Virus record (IMG/VR): IMGVR_UViG_3300024259_001450
Location: 1 to 60,075 of that record
DNA: 60,075 nt
Origin: a virus
Taxonomy: Duplodnaviria > Heunggongvirae > Uroviricota > Caudoviricetes
Direction: 5' to 3' (one strand)
In this document: positions 38,654 through 48,600 of the stretch, one piece after another
How the letters are laid out: each line of letters starts with the position of its first letter
Numbering within the stretch: the stretch's first letter is position 1
Notes under the pieces: model-generated
What the model saw: the letters and a program-made list of their open reading frames with translations, nothing else
Databases searched by the model: none
Told to the model about the DNA's origin: nothing
Translations under genes and position numbers: made by a program

Positions 38654-40167
38654 TGTCGGTTAATGAACAAATTATTAAAGTAGAGCAGTTGATCATGAAT
38701 CTTTTATTGGATCATAAAGATTTAGTTGGAGAATGGCATGGTGGTCCTTTACAGCCGTTCCATTTCAAAAAAGAACATAGACTTCTGTTGTTTGCGATAG
38801 AAGAATCGTTTAAAAGGAATGCGTTATTGACGAGAGATGCATTTTACCACTTCGTAAAACAGAGAGCCTCGAATCAAGGGGAATTGAATTCTCAAATGTT
38901 CTTGTACGAGAAGATTTCAATCTTAGATGCTGACAGAGATAATTTCGATCTTCACAAAAAACAGATATTAGATAACTACGTTTCTGAGAATGCTATAACG
39001 TATATCGAAGAATTCAGAAAAGATTTGCCTAAAGGCGGCGTAGAAGCCATAAGCACGTTAGCTAAAAAGGTAAACAATTTAGCTGTAGACTCTGCACCTG
39101 AAAAAATGATGGTTAATTACGAATCTGTTGGTACGTATGCACCAGAGTTCTTTGCAGAGATGGAAGAGAAAAGAAACAATAAAGAAGAAAGCGAAGTTAT
39201 TACTTGTGGGATAAAAGAAGTTGACAATACAATGATCGTTGGTTTTGCCCCAGGTACTATGACGCTTTTTTGCGGTGATGTTGCATCGTTTAAATCAACT
39301 ATCATGTTGAATGTTGGATACAATGTGTGGAATCAAGGCGAAGGATATCCAGTTCTTTTTGTCCCACTAGAAATGCCAAGAAACAAAATGTATGTTAAGT
39401 TCCTGTCTCTTGCCACCCATATCAACTCTGAAAAGATAGAGCATCCTTCTTTGTTAACTCCGGAACAAGTAGAAAAGATAAAGAAGTATACAGAAAAACT
39501 TCAGCAGCCTATGAAGAACCATTTTTATATGATGGATACATACGAACGTATTCCTGTATCTACGTTACGTCGTGAAATAGAAAAGAACATTGATGTATTC
39601 AAGCCTCGTTTAATTGTAGTCGATTACACGGCGAACCTATTGCCAGAAGCAGCGTCTAAGAATAGTAGGCCAGATATCCAGATAGGTGAAATACTAAAAG
39701 ACCTACGTACTATGGGGCGACCTGGTGCTTTGCATGAGAAAGGATTCGGCATTGTGTCTGCTGCTCAAATCGGTAGAGACGCTTTGAAGAGGCTTCGCAA
39801 ATTGGGAAGTGGCAAAACATCTTTCTATTCAGAAGACTTAAGAGGAAGTCATGAGTTGGCTGCTGACTCTGATAATATTTATGCTCAAGTTCCTGATGAA
39901 GCACAGCCAGACAGTAAACTACAGTTCTTTGTGATTAAGGCAAGATATGGCCGTAAGACTTTCGAGAAGAATGAGACGAAAGCAGTTTTGGAAGTTGAGC
40001 CAGAATTCAGTTTGGTTAGAAGTGTTAAGGACGATTGGCTTGCGAATGATTCAGAAGATATTATGAGCAAGGTGAACGATGATTCGATTGACGACGACAA
40101 TTTATCGTTTGAAGAAGATAAAGTAGAGACAGAAAATCTAGTTGCAGATGACGATTTACTTGGTTAA
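38653..40167 (+). CDS. dnaB: Replicative DnaB-like helicase
   Basis: ITCGIKEVDN..GFAPGTMTLFCGDVASFKST, LFVPLEMP, LIVVDY, SAAQIGR, LRGSHELAADSD, KARYG. Confidence 0.82.
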   Translation: MSVNEQIIKVEQLIMNLLLDHKDLVGEWHGGPLQPFHFKKEHRLLLFAIEESFKRNALLTRDAFYHFVKQRASNQGELNSQMFLYEKISILDADRDNFDLHKKQILDNYVSENAITYIEEFRKDLPKGGVEAISTLAKKVNNLAVDSAPEKMMVNYESVGTYAPEFFAEMEEKRNNKEESEVITCGIKEVDNTMIVGFAPGTMTLFCGDVASFKSTIMLNVGYNVWNQGEGYPVLFVPLEMPRNKMYVKFLSLATHINSEKIEHPSLLTPEQVEKIKKYTEKLQQPMKNHFYMMDTYERIPVSTLRREIEKNIDVFKPRLIVVDYTANLLPEAASKNSRPDIQIGEILKDLRTMGRPGALHEKGFGIVSAAQIGRDALKRLRKLGSGKTSFYSEDLRGSHELAADSDNIYAQVPDEAQPDSKLQFFVIKARYGRKTFEKNETKAVLEVEPEFSLVRSVKDDWLANDSEDIMSKVNDDSIDDDNLSFEEDKVETENLVADDDLLG

Positions 40168-40170
40168 GAA

Positions 40171-40851
40171 ATGGATAAGCCGAAATATTACATTTTAGAT
40201 GAGATACGAAGGACGAATAAGATTTCAGATTACTTAGCGTCTAAGGGTGTACCTCCTTATACAAGGGGCAATTCTAATCCTAATCGTCTTTCATATTGTT
40301 GCCCGTTACACAAAGAGACACAGCCATCATTTATGTTATATTTAGATGGGCCATACGAAAATTACTTTTGTTTTGGTTGCAAACGCGGCGGTGGAATTGT
40401 CTCGTTGTATTCGGAAATGGAGAATGTGTCATTTAGAGAAGCATTGTCTGTTTTGGGAAAGGATTTGGACCTGAGCAGCGAGGGGGAACTTGACTTGCTC
40501 TTGAGAAAGATCAAGGAAGATAACCATAAAAGCCAAGAAAAAGCCGAAATGCAGTTAGCAGAACTGTCTTTGAATTTTAGTATATTGGCATATACAATAT
40601 TAGAAAGAACTAATTTCGATTCAGATGCAGTAGAGTTTTTGGAGAAGATGTTCAAAGTAATTGACTCATATATTTGGAGAGAAGATTTCGAATCTTTAGA
40701 AAAGTGTTATAGAATGGTGCTTGATAAAAAATTATTCAATAATAAGATAAAAGAATTTAAACAGAAACAAAAAGAAAAGAAGAAGCAGGAAATTATAGGC
40801 GTTCTTGAGAATGACTATGTAGAAGAAAATATTGAGGACTTGGTAATATGA
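40171..40851 (+). CDS. Stand-alone CHC2 zinc-finger domain protein (DnaG N-terminal-like)
   Basis: CCPLHKETQPSF..YFCFGCKRGGGIV..ENVSFREAL; no TOPRIM domain in this ORF. Confidence 0.85.
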   Translation: MDKPKYYILDEIRRTNKISDYLASKGVPPYTRGNSNPNRLSYCCPLHKETQPSFMLYLDGPYENYFCFGCKRGGGIVSLYSEMENVSFREALSVLGKDLDLSSEGELDLLLRKIKEDNHKSQEKAEMQLAELSLNFSILAYTILERTNFDSDAVEFLEKMFKVIDSYIWREDFESLEKCYRMVLDKKLFNNKIKEFKQKQKEKKKQEIIGVLENDYVEENIEDLVI

Positions 40852-41708
40852 AAAAAGATCAAATAATATTGGCTGATGTCATTGACGGCTTAAAGAGTCT
40901 TCATAGTGATGCCATTTCTTTAACTGTGACCTCGCCCCCTTACTCTGTAGGCATAAATTATACTGATAGAGATGATAATCAACCCTACCAAGAATATCTA
41001 GATTGGCTAAAAAAAGTATTTACAGAAGTTTATAGAGTAACCAAAGACGGTGGGCGATGCGTTGTTAATATCGATGCGATGACGAATAGACAAGATGATA
41101 AAGATAAAGAATACACAAGATGTATTTATGCTCATTTATATAATATAATGAAAGAAATAGGGTGGAAATTTCGTACCGAAATCGCGTGGTATAAGCAAAA
41201 TGCTGTAGGCAGACAAACTGCTTGGGGTTCTTATGCCTCATGTTCTAACCCCATTATACGTAGAACTCATGAATACATATTGGTGTGGTCTAAAGGACAG
41301 TGGAACCTAGAAGGTGACAGTGAACTCTCTGATATGACTAAAGAAGAATTTTGCGAGTATACATTGAGTACGTGGTTTATCCCACCAGAAACAAGAAATA
41401 TGGGTGGTCATCCTGTTCCGTTTCCAGAAAAGCTTGTAGAGAGAATTGTAAAATTGTATTCTTATCGTGGGAATACGGTTTTGGATTGTTTCAATGGTTC
41501 TGGAACCACTACATATGTTGCTAAGGCTTTGAGCAGACATTATATAGGAATAGATAATAGCGTAGATTATTGTAAATATGCAAGAGAAAGGCTTGATTCT
41601 GCCGATTCATTATTTGAAGAGGAATATGTGCCTCGTTCTAGAAGGTTATTTTTGGCGAAAGAAAAATTGGTTACAGAGCCACCAGCGGATTTATTTAATG
41701 AGCAATAA
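40848..41708 (+). CDS. Orphan beta-class amino DNA methyltransferase (probably N4-cytosine)
   Basis: VTSPPY catalytic motif precedes HPVPFP and the SAM motif VLDCFNGSGTT; no cognate restriction enzyme nearby. Confidence 0.92.
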   Translation: MKKDQIILADVIDGLKSLHSDAISLTVTSPPYSVGINYTDRDDNQPYQEYLDWLKKVFTEVYRVTKDGGRCVVNIDAMTNRQDDKDKEYTRCIYAHLYNIMKEIGWKFRTEIAWYKQNAVGRQTAWGSYASCSNPIIRRTHEYILVWSKGQWNLEGDSELSDMTKEEFCEYTLSTWFIPPETRNMGGHPVPFPEKLVERIVKLYSYRGNTVLDCFNGSGTTTYVAKALSRHYIGIDNSVDYCKYARERLDSADSLFEEEYVPRSRRLFLAKEKLVTEPPADLFNEQ

Positions 41709-42144
41709 AATACAATACGATTTTACCTTTGACGATATTACGATCATAGAAACCGATGGTAACTATGATGAAACAAAGAAAATTATGTCAGAAGATACTT
41801 TTTCTGATGGTTGGATGCTGGAAAGTAATCTGCTTATGGGTATTAGGATCGGGACTAAATACATGGAAGCAACTATGTTGCTGCATTTCTATGGCAACGG
41901 AAATGTCTATATTATGGAATACCAGCCTAGTAGTGGAGATGTCTTTTATAACCCTGATGTCAGAGGGTTTGTGTCATGGGCAAAATATAATGGGTGGAAA
42001 TCTATTAGACCGTTTAGAGACTTGGTAAAAGGTAACGTTAAATTCTGGAAATATTTTTGGGAAACCCACATGGTAGATTCAGACTATTTGGAGCAACAGT
42101 TTGGAAAAAGAGAATCAGATACCTATCAAGAAGAGGATGTATAA
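41698..42144 (+). CDS. Hypothetical protein
   Basis: ATG at 41698 overlaps the MTase end (ORF track starts at 41578). Confidence 0.55.
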   Translation: MSNKIQYDFTFDDITIIETDGNYDETKKIMSEDTFSDGWMLESNLLMGIRIGTKYMEATMLLHFYGNGNVYIMEYQPSSGDVFYNPDVRGFVSWAKYNGWKSIRPFRDLVKGNVKFWKYFWETHMVDSDYLEQQFGKRESDTYQEEDV

Positions 42145-42352
42145 TTTTGTATGCCCTAATTGTAAACATTTGTACAAAGGGCATTTGAATTTATTCGGTA
42201 AAATATGTATACATTGTGGGTTAGAAATTTTACCTCCGGATGATTTTGAATTACCCATTATTGCCGATAATAAAAAGAAAGATAAGGCAATGAGAGAAAA
42301 AGCTAGACAATCAGTTATAAGAAGATTTAAGGAGAGTCAAAATGGCAATTAA
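42137..42352 (+). CDS. Small zinc-ribbon protein
   Basis: MYNFVCPNC...CIHCG. Confidence 0.55.
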   Translation: MYNFVCPNCKHLYKGHLNLFGKICIHCGLEILPPDDFELPIIADNKKKDKAMREKARQSVIRRFKESQNGN

Positions 42353-43091
42353 AACAAATGATGCAGCAGTGAGTGTTGATTTTGAATATGAAGATGATAA
42401 GACAGAAGAAGTATTCAAGGTTAAATTGCACTGCACACAGGAATACGGACAAACAGTTTCTATTTCAGGTAATGTGGGCGGGTTTACTACTGGCAATGAT
42501 GCATATTTGGCTTTGCCGATTAATTTGCTCATAGAAGCAATAGATTTCCTACGACAGAATAAATATATCGAATCGCCAGCAGCGGTACGTACAGAACGTA
42601 GTCCCGGTCCCAGTTTAGCAGATAGTCCAGCTTCGCCACAATTCGCAAGGACAACTGTTACCCCTACTACGTTGTTACCTATGCCGAATCTAGGTAACAC
42701 TCAGGCTCCTCCTGCACAGCCAGTAGTTAAAGAGGCAGCAGAAGCACCGCCAGAAATACCAGAATTTTCTGATGAATTACCTTTGCAAACGCTGTCCGTG
42801 CCGGTGATACAAGAAGATGAGCCTGTAGAAGAAGAGTATGAAGAATATAGTGAAATAGATGTTTCTCATGACGGAGAAGAAGCAGAAGAAGAGTATGAAG
42901 AAGTAGAGGATGAGGAAGATGGAGACAATGACGAGGATATAGGGGAACTTACAGATGAAGAAGTAAGTGAAGCTAAAAGAATGGCTAAAGAACGTGAGCA
43001 AGCGACTAAAAGAGCGAATAGTAAACCCGCTCCTAAAGTTCGCAGAAAAAAGAGGAAGCAAAGAAAACCTCCTCGTAAATTGAGTGAATAA
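42342..43091 (+). CDS. Hypothetical protein with Pro-rich, acidic and then basic low-complexity tail
   Basis: RBS AAGGAG; EEEYEEVEDEEDGD tract followed by RRKKRKQRK. Confidence 0.65.
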   Translation: MAIKTNDAAVSVDFEYEDDKTEEVFKVKLHCTQEYGQTVSISGNVGGFTTGNDAYLALPINLLIEAIDFLRQNKYIESPAAVRTERSPGPSLADSPASPQFARTTVTPTTLLPMPNLGNTQAPPAQPVVKEAAEAPPEIPEFSDELPLQTLSVPVIQEDEPVEEEYEEYSEIDVSHDGEEAEEEYEEVEDEEDGDNDEDIGELTDEEVSEAKRMAKEREQATKRANSKPAPKVRRKKRKQRKPPRKLSE

Positions 43092-43345
43092 TGCACTATG
43101 TGTGTAATCTTCTACCGTTGAATAAGTTGCCTGTAACTTCGCAGGGCACCGTTGTCCCTCTCTGCGACAAATGTGCAGCTATTAGTTGTGATAATCCAAT
43201 AGTAAAAACGAAAGTTAGTGAGTTGGGCATAACGAAAGAACACAAGTTGTATTCAACTGGTTCTGCGGTTATGGCCGTTGTCGGTTGTGAAGGGTTTACC
43301 ATTGTCACCAAAGAAGAAGACGACGAGAATAGACAGGATATCTGA
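43091..43345 (+). CDS. Small Cys-containing hypothetical protein
   Basis: TAATG coupling; CDKC..C..C. Confidence 0.5.
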   Translation: MHYVCNLLPLNKLPVTSQGTVVPLCDKCAAISCDNPIVKTKVSELGITKEHKLYSTGSAVMAVVGCEGFTIVTKEEDDENRQDI

Positions 43346-44102
43346 AAGGCGATCTCGTCAGAAAAAAGTACGTCGAAGCATAAAAAAAACTAACTCTAGT
43401 TTTAATGTGTTCAAAAATCATAAAGATACTGTTGTTGTCAAATATCCTAAGTATAGTAAGGTGTTTGATTATGTTCACAATCTTTTTCCAAATAGTAATG
43501 TAAAAAAAGCTACTGTGTATTTATGTAATGCTAATGTTTTGAGAAAAGAAGGCTTCGTAAGGATGGGCGGCATTTATAGCCTTAGTATGAAAATGATAGT
43601 CGTCGCTCGTAGCAAGATAAAAGGGAAGTGGAAAAACTTTGCACCGTATATTACAGTCGATGAGACTATGGTTCACGAATTGTTGCATTATGCATCTGAT
43701 CATATGGTAAAGGGGAAATTCAGAACCGTTGCATCAGAAGAAGAGTTTGCTTATGGGTTTTCGATACCATATTTTTTGAAGAAAAAATGGAATAGAAAAA
43801 AAATCATTAACAAATATTTTTTGCCATATTTGATTACGACAATTAATAGTGGAAAAGTCAGAAACAAAATACTTAAAGCAAATGGCCATAAGATTTCTGA
43901 TTTTAACAAGATGAGTGATATAGACAAGGCTAGAGTTGTTAGACCTTTTCAAATAAAGATTTCTAGAAAAATAAAAGAAAAAGCTATAAAACAAGGTGAA
44001 AAACTTTTTGACACCTATAGCAAAAAGATAAAAACTATGAATAATAAAGATAATACAGACGGTGACAACGAATTTGATTTAATGGACTTAACGGTACACT
44101 AA
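43278..44102 (+). CDS. Basic HEXXH zinc-metallopeptidase-like protein (start uncertain)
   Basis: TMVHELLHY ... SEEEFAY gluzincin-like pattern. Confidence 0.6.
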   Translation: MSVVKGLPLSPKKKTTRIDRISERRSRQKKVRRSIKKTNSSFNVFKNHKDTVVVKYPKYSKVFDYVHNLFPNSNVKKATVYLCNANVLRKEGFVRMGGIYSLSMKMIVVARSKIKGKWKNFAPYITVDETMVHELLHYASDHMVKGKFRTVASEEEFAYGFSIPYFLKKKWNRKKIINKYFLPYLITTINSGKVRNKILKANGHKISDFNKMSDIDKARVVRPFQIKISRKIKEKAIKQGEKLFDTYSKKIKTMNNKDNTDGDNEFDLMDLTVH

Positions 44103-44386
44103 TGCCAATTTACATATATAAACATCCAGATAAAGAAGAGTATTACGAAGAATTGCGATCTATGAAAGATTCTAAGAAAAAGCTAATTCTAGAAGATGGT
44201 ACAAAGTGTGAACGTGTGTACAATAATCCAAACAGAAAACTATTTAAAGATCGTAGAACATCGAGAGCAGGAGAGAAACTAGAAGTTTTTCAAGCCGATC
44301 CTCAATATGTCAAAAAATGTAGACCAAAATTCGTAGAATTTAGAGATGGACACAAAGAGAGATATGATCCGACAAAACATTGCTGA
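44102..44386 (+). CDS. FmdB-like small protein
   Basis: MPIYIYK..YEELRSMKD resembles the FmdB N-terminus but lacks the CxxC pairs. Confidence 0.5.
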   Translation: MPIYIYKHPDKEEYYEELRSMKDSKKKLILEDGTKCERVYNNPNRKLFKDRRTSRAGEKLEVFQADPQYVKKCRPKFVEFRDGHKERYDPTKHC

Positions 44387-44742
44387 TGAAATACACAAGA
44401 GAACAAATCATTCGAACGGTTACAACCAATAAAGAGATTAATGACGAAGAAGAAGTCAAGAATCTATTGGACCGTTTACTCAAAGCAAATGCGGACATTT
44501 CTATTGAATTTAGGGATGGTAGATCACAATTAATAATGCGTCATGGAGACTCCAGAATCAAGACGGTGGCAGACGATTGTATTAGTATAAGTACGCGTCG
44601 TCGTAAAGCCGTTTTTAAAGTTAATGATATAAAGATAAAAGATATTCTGTCCATTAAACTGGTGACTGATAAACAAAACATCATTTTAGATGGGCCAGAA
44701 ACCGATGAATTCGATTTTATAGATTTAGATGAAGGGAATTAA
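44386..44742 (+). CDS. Hypothetical protein
   Basis: TGATG coupling to the upstream gene. Confidence 0.55.
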   Translation: MKYTREQIIRTVTTNKEINDEEEVKNLLDRLLKANADISIEFRDGRSQLIMRHGDSRIKTVADDCISISTRRRKAVFKVNDIKIKDILSIKLVTDKQNIILDGPETDEFDFIDLDEGN

Positions 44743-44743
44743 A

Positions 44744-47700
44744 ATGGAAAACAAAGATTTTGTACATTTACATGTACACTCTGATTATAGCCTTTTTGAT
44801 GGTATGGCTCCCATTGATAAACTTGTTATGCAAGCTAGAAAAATGGGGTTTAAGGCTTTGGCTCTAACCGATCACGGAGCAGTCGGTGGATGGCTTAATT
44901 TTATTAAGCAATGTAATGCGACCAAAGATAAAAAGGGTGAAAAAATTCCGTATCCGACCATCAAGCCAATTTTGGGTTCGGAAATGTATTTGGCTAGATG
45001 TATCGACGGAAATAAAGAAAATCAGCCAGATGGTCGTAAGGGGAATCGCCATCTCGTTCTATTGGCAAAAAATGTTCAAGGATACAAAAACCTTTGTACT
45101 TTGAACAATTTAGCATGGACAAAAGGTTTTTATTACGATCCAAGAATCGATATTGAGACTTTGGAAAAGTATTCAGAGGGATTAGTTTGTTCTTCTGCGT
45201 GTCTGTCAAATATAATCAACGCAAATCTCTCATGCGATAGATACGATGAGGCTAAAAAAGCAGCACAAATATTTAAAGACATTTTTGGGGAAGATTTCAT
45301 ACTAGAAGTGATGTATCATGGAATAGCTAATCAACATAAGATTGCTCCTTCGATATTCGAGATTGGAAGAGAATTGGATATACCTGTTATAGCCACGAAT
45401 GACGTACACTATATCACTAAAGATCAAGCACACTCACAAGAAGTTCTTACTTGCATGTCAAGGGGAACGTGTATACAAAATCCAAAACGCATGTCACAAC
45501 CCTATGACGAATTCTATTTGAAAAGTGCTGAAGAGATGAATAGGTTGTTCGGCGATTTTCCTGAGACGATGAGTAACACCGTAAGTATAGCTTCTAAAAT
45601 CGATGCTAAAGGGATAGAGAAATACTTGTTTGGTGGTATGCGTCTTCCCAAGTTTGATATTCCTGAAAAGTTCAAAACTACTATGGATTATCTGAGGCAT
45701 CTATCTTATAAGGGGCTGAAAGAGCGAGGATGGGACAAAAGCCAAAAGCATATCGACAGACTAGAATTGGAGTTAAATGATGTTCAAGTCGCTTGGGACG
45801 TTAATGGCTATGATTTTGCTACATACTTTTTGATCGTACAAGACTATATTATTTACGCCAAGGAGAATGGTATTTTGATTGCACCTGGACGTGGCTCTGG
45901 TTATGGTAGCGTTCTATTGCATTGCATAGATATCTGTTATGGACTTGACCCATTAGAGTATAGTCTGTTGTGGGAAAGATTCTTGGGATTTGATGACAAG
46001 CAGTATATCAAAGACAATGATTTGGGTCTAGAAGAAAATGATACTGTTATACCTTACAAAACAATGGAAGAGATCAAAAGAAGTATATTTAAGGGCATAC
46101 AAGCCAATTTGGATGAGAAGGCTATTGAAAACATCAATTGCGAATTGGAAACAATGGAGATTACAGAGGGTCTAAATGACAAAAACAACCTTATACAGTT
46201 CTATGACATATGGAAGTCTCACCTTGACGAGAGTGGAGACAAGAACGAAATTAATAGTTGGACTGCGTATTATCTCGGAATGACGACTGAGAAGCCAAGT
46301 GGAGATTTCTTGCCGCCACGAAGAGCATATGCTAGGGCTGGTTTCCCAGATATCGATACAGATATTGATGACAGTCGAAGAGACGAAATCTTTGAATATC
46401 TATTCGATAAATACGGTATTGATTATGTCAGTAGAATAGGTACTTATGGCAAAATGGGGTTTAGGGCTGGTATTACTCGTATCGTAAAAGCCTTAGATAT
46501 AGCTGGGGCTTTCCATAAAGGACCAGAGGCATACAAAACTGAGAATGTGATAAAGGTAAACGAGATATTAAAATCTATTCCTCGTGTTAAAGGGGCATTA
46601 TCTGCTAAAGATTTTAATACTGGTGAACTGATGAAAATAAAAACCATTGAAGACGCTATGCGTTGTTTCAAAGAATTTCATTGGTTTATGTCTGACAAGT
46701 ATCCTGAAATATTAGAGTGTGCGAAAAATATTGAGGGATTAATTCAGAACTTCGGGATTCATGCCGCTGGCATTGTTGTGTCTGACGTTCCTCTGAATGA
46801 ACTGGTGCCTATCCGTTCTGCGAATACTGGCATGGGTTCTCAGTACACAATGCAAGAGATTGAATCATTAGGATTGATCAAGTTCGATGCGTTATCGGTC
46901 AGTATGCTATCTACAGTTAGTCGTACTGTTCAAATGATCAAAGACAAATATGACATTGATATAGATATAGGTAATCTGCCGGTAGATGATAAGAAAGTGT
47001 TTAATCTGTATCAAACAGGCAACCTAACTGGTATATTCCAGTGTGAAGAGGCTGGTATGCAGAAGACTATGCAGAAGGTGGGTGTCACTTCGTTCAATGA
47101 TATCATGGCTACTGTCGCATTATATCGTCCAGGTCCAATTAAATTTGTGCCTACATATTGTGATCGCAAACATGGTAGAGAACCAGTAGATTACTTCCAT
47201 CCTACAGTAGAAAAGTTCATAAAACCTTATCTTGAGAAGACATATGGAATTATGATTTATCAGGAACAGCTTATGTTTATCTGTCATAAATTGTGTAATT
47301 TCTCTATTACTGATGGTTACATATTGATTAAAGCAGTTGGCAAGAAGAAAGAGTCATTGCTGAAGAGATTCAGAGATCAAGTCATTAAGGGCGGTATGGA
47401 CAATGGAGTTCCTCAACAAATTATGGAAAGATATTGGGATGAATGTATTATCCCATTTGCTGACTATGGTTTCAACGCATCTCACGCCTGCTGTTATGGA
47501 TATCTCTCATATATTAGTGCATATTTGAAGACGTATTACAAAGAAGAATTTATGTGCTGCCTACTGAATGTCGAGAACAATCGCAAGAAGCACGAACTCA
47601 TCGAAGGGTTTGAGAAGCATCTTAAGAAGTGTGGAATTAAATTGCTTCCGAAGGATTTGAACAAATGTGGAGTTGATTATAGGGTGGCTAAAAAGGCTGA

Positions 47701-48013
47701 TGCATCATTGGGAGAAGAATATTCAGAATTCAGCCCGAGTTTAATGGTGAAGGGAATAGGTCGTGAAACGGCTCAGGAAATCGAGAATAATATTCCATAT
47801 GATGATCTGAGAGAATTCGCCACAAAAACAAAACTCCCAGTTGGCAAAGAAGCTGTGGGTTGCTTGTATGATGCTGGTTTTTTCAAGATAATGTTTAAGA
47901 GAAATAAAAAGAAAGTAACCAGAGAATCTCTTGTAGACACATTTTCTGCTATAAGGGAAGACTTGAAAAGAGCAGCTAGTAGAGGAGTAATTTCAGGAGA
48001 CATGTTTGGTTAA
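44744..48013 (+). CDS. dnaE: DNA polymerase III alpha subunit (family C)
   Basis: PHP domain FVHLHVHSDYSLFDG, ALTDHG, ATNDVHY; PGRGSG; catalytic PDIDTD; GIHAAGIVV; GLIKFDAL; GIFQCE; ALYRPGP; YGFNASHA. ATG at 44744 follows GAAGGGA. Confidence 0.96.
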   Translation: MENKDFVHLHVHSDYSLFDGMAPIDKLVMQARKMGFKALALTDHGAVGGWLNFIKQCNATKDKKGEKIPYPTIKPILGSEMYLARCIDGNKENQPDGRKGNRHLVLLAKNVQGYKNLCTLNNLAWTKGFYYDPRIDIETLEKYSEGLVCSSACLSNIINANLSCDRYDEAKKAAQIFKDIFGEDFILEVMYHGIANQHKIAPSIFEIGRELDIPVIATNDVHYITKDQAHSQEVLTCMSRGTCIQNPKRMSQPYDEFYLKSAEEMNRLFGDFPETMSNTVSIASKIDAKGIEKYLFGGMRLPKFDIPEKFKTTMDYLRHLSYKGLKERGWDKSQKHIDRLELELNDVQVAWDVNGYDFATYFLIVQDYIIYAKENGILIAPGRGSGYGSVLLHCIDICYGLDPLEYSLLWERFLGFDDKQYIKDNDLGLEENDTVIPYKTMEEIKRSIFKGIQANLDEKAIENINCELETMEITEGLNDKNNLIQFYDIWKSHLDESGDKNEINSWTAYYLGMTTEKPSGDFLPPRRAYARAGFPDIDTDIDDSRRDEIFEYLFDKYGIDYVSRIGTYGKMGFRAGITRIVKALDIAGAFHKGPEAYKTENVIKVNEILKSIPRVKGALSAKDFNTGELMKIKTIEDAMRCFKEFHWFMSDKYPEILECAKNIEGLIQNFGIHAAGIVVSDVPLNELVPIRSANTGMGSQYTMQEIESLGLIKFDALSVSMLSTVSRTVQMIKDKYDIDIDIGNLPVDDKKVFNLYQTGNLTGIFQCEEAGMQKTMQKVGVTSFNDIMATVALYRPGPIKFVPTYCDRKHGREPVDYFHPTVEKFIKPYLEKTYGIMIYQEQLMFICHKLCNFSITDGYILIKAVGKKKESLLKRFRDQVIKGGMDNGVPQQIMERYWDECIIPFADYGFNASHACCYGYLSYISAYLKTYYKEEFMCCLLNVENNRKKHELIEGFEKHLKKCGIKLLPKDLNKCGVDYRVAKKADASLGEEYSEFSPSLMVKGIGRETAQEIENNIPYDDLREFATKTKLPVGKEAVGCLYDAGFFKIMFKRNKKKVTRESLVDTFSAIREDLKRAASRGVISGDMFG

Positions 48014-48030
48014 GTCGGTGCTAAACAAGA

Positions 48031-48046
48031 CTGTATAATTGTATAT
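48031..48046 (+). promoter_or_regulatory. Possible -10 promoter element
   Basis: TATAAT within ctgtataattgtatat, in the intergenic gap after dnaE. Confidence 0.35.
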
Positions 48047-48061
48047 GATTGGAGATCGAAA

Positions 48062-48589
48062 ATGCAGAAGAAAGAAAAGATACCACACAAAGGATCGTTG
48101 GCGCTATGTAGGTTGGGTAGTCTTGGGTTGATTACTAAAAGTGTTCCACAAATGGTCGAATACGGAGACGGGAATAAAGGTGTAGCTTATGTCGGGATTC
48201 ATTTAACTGATAAAATAAGCGAGATAGGCAAGCCTTGGTCTTCAAGACATCCAAAAGTGATTACTCATATAGATAATGTCGTGGAATTTATATCCATGTA
48301 TCACATGTTGTCAACGTATATGTCAAGGGAAGAAGAGTTAGAAGCTTTGCGGATAAAGGGAAGAATATCTAAGCAAACTGATTTAACGGAAGGCCCAATT
48401 AAAAAAGGTGGAGTGAATCAACCTCCAACATCGCCAAGACCTGAAACTAAGCTGGAACCACAATGGCCTCAATTCGAGCAGAATCTAGAAGAGCAGACCT
48501 TAGAAGAAGTTACCGAACAAGATATGGAAAAAGTTAGAGAGCAAATTCAACAAGTGGCAAATGACCCTAATTTGGTTATAGGAAGATAA
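48062..48589 (+). CDS. Hypothetical protein
   Basis: RBS GGAG; C-terminal motif shared with 48952..50067. Confidence 0.6.
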   Translation: MQKKEKIPHKGSLALCRLGSLGLITKSVPQMVEYGDGNKGVAYVGIHLTDKISEIGKPWSSRHPKVITHIDNVVEFISMYHMLSTYMSREEELEALRIKGRISKQTDLTEGPIKKGGVNQPPTSPRPETKLEPQWPQFEQNLEEQTLEEVTEQDMEKVREQIQQVANDPNLVIGR

Positions 48590-48600
48590 GGAGAATTAAG

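Noticed and set aside
40848-41708. Complete restriction-modification system
   Set aside because: No adjacent restriction endonuclease is recognisable; orphan methyltransferases are common in phages
45986-46345. Intein in DnaE
   Set aside because: The insert lacks an N-terminal Cys/Ser block A and a terminal His-Asn followed by Cys/Ser/Thr
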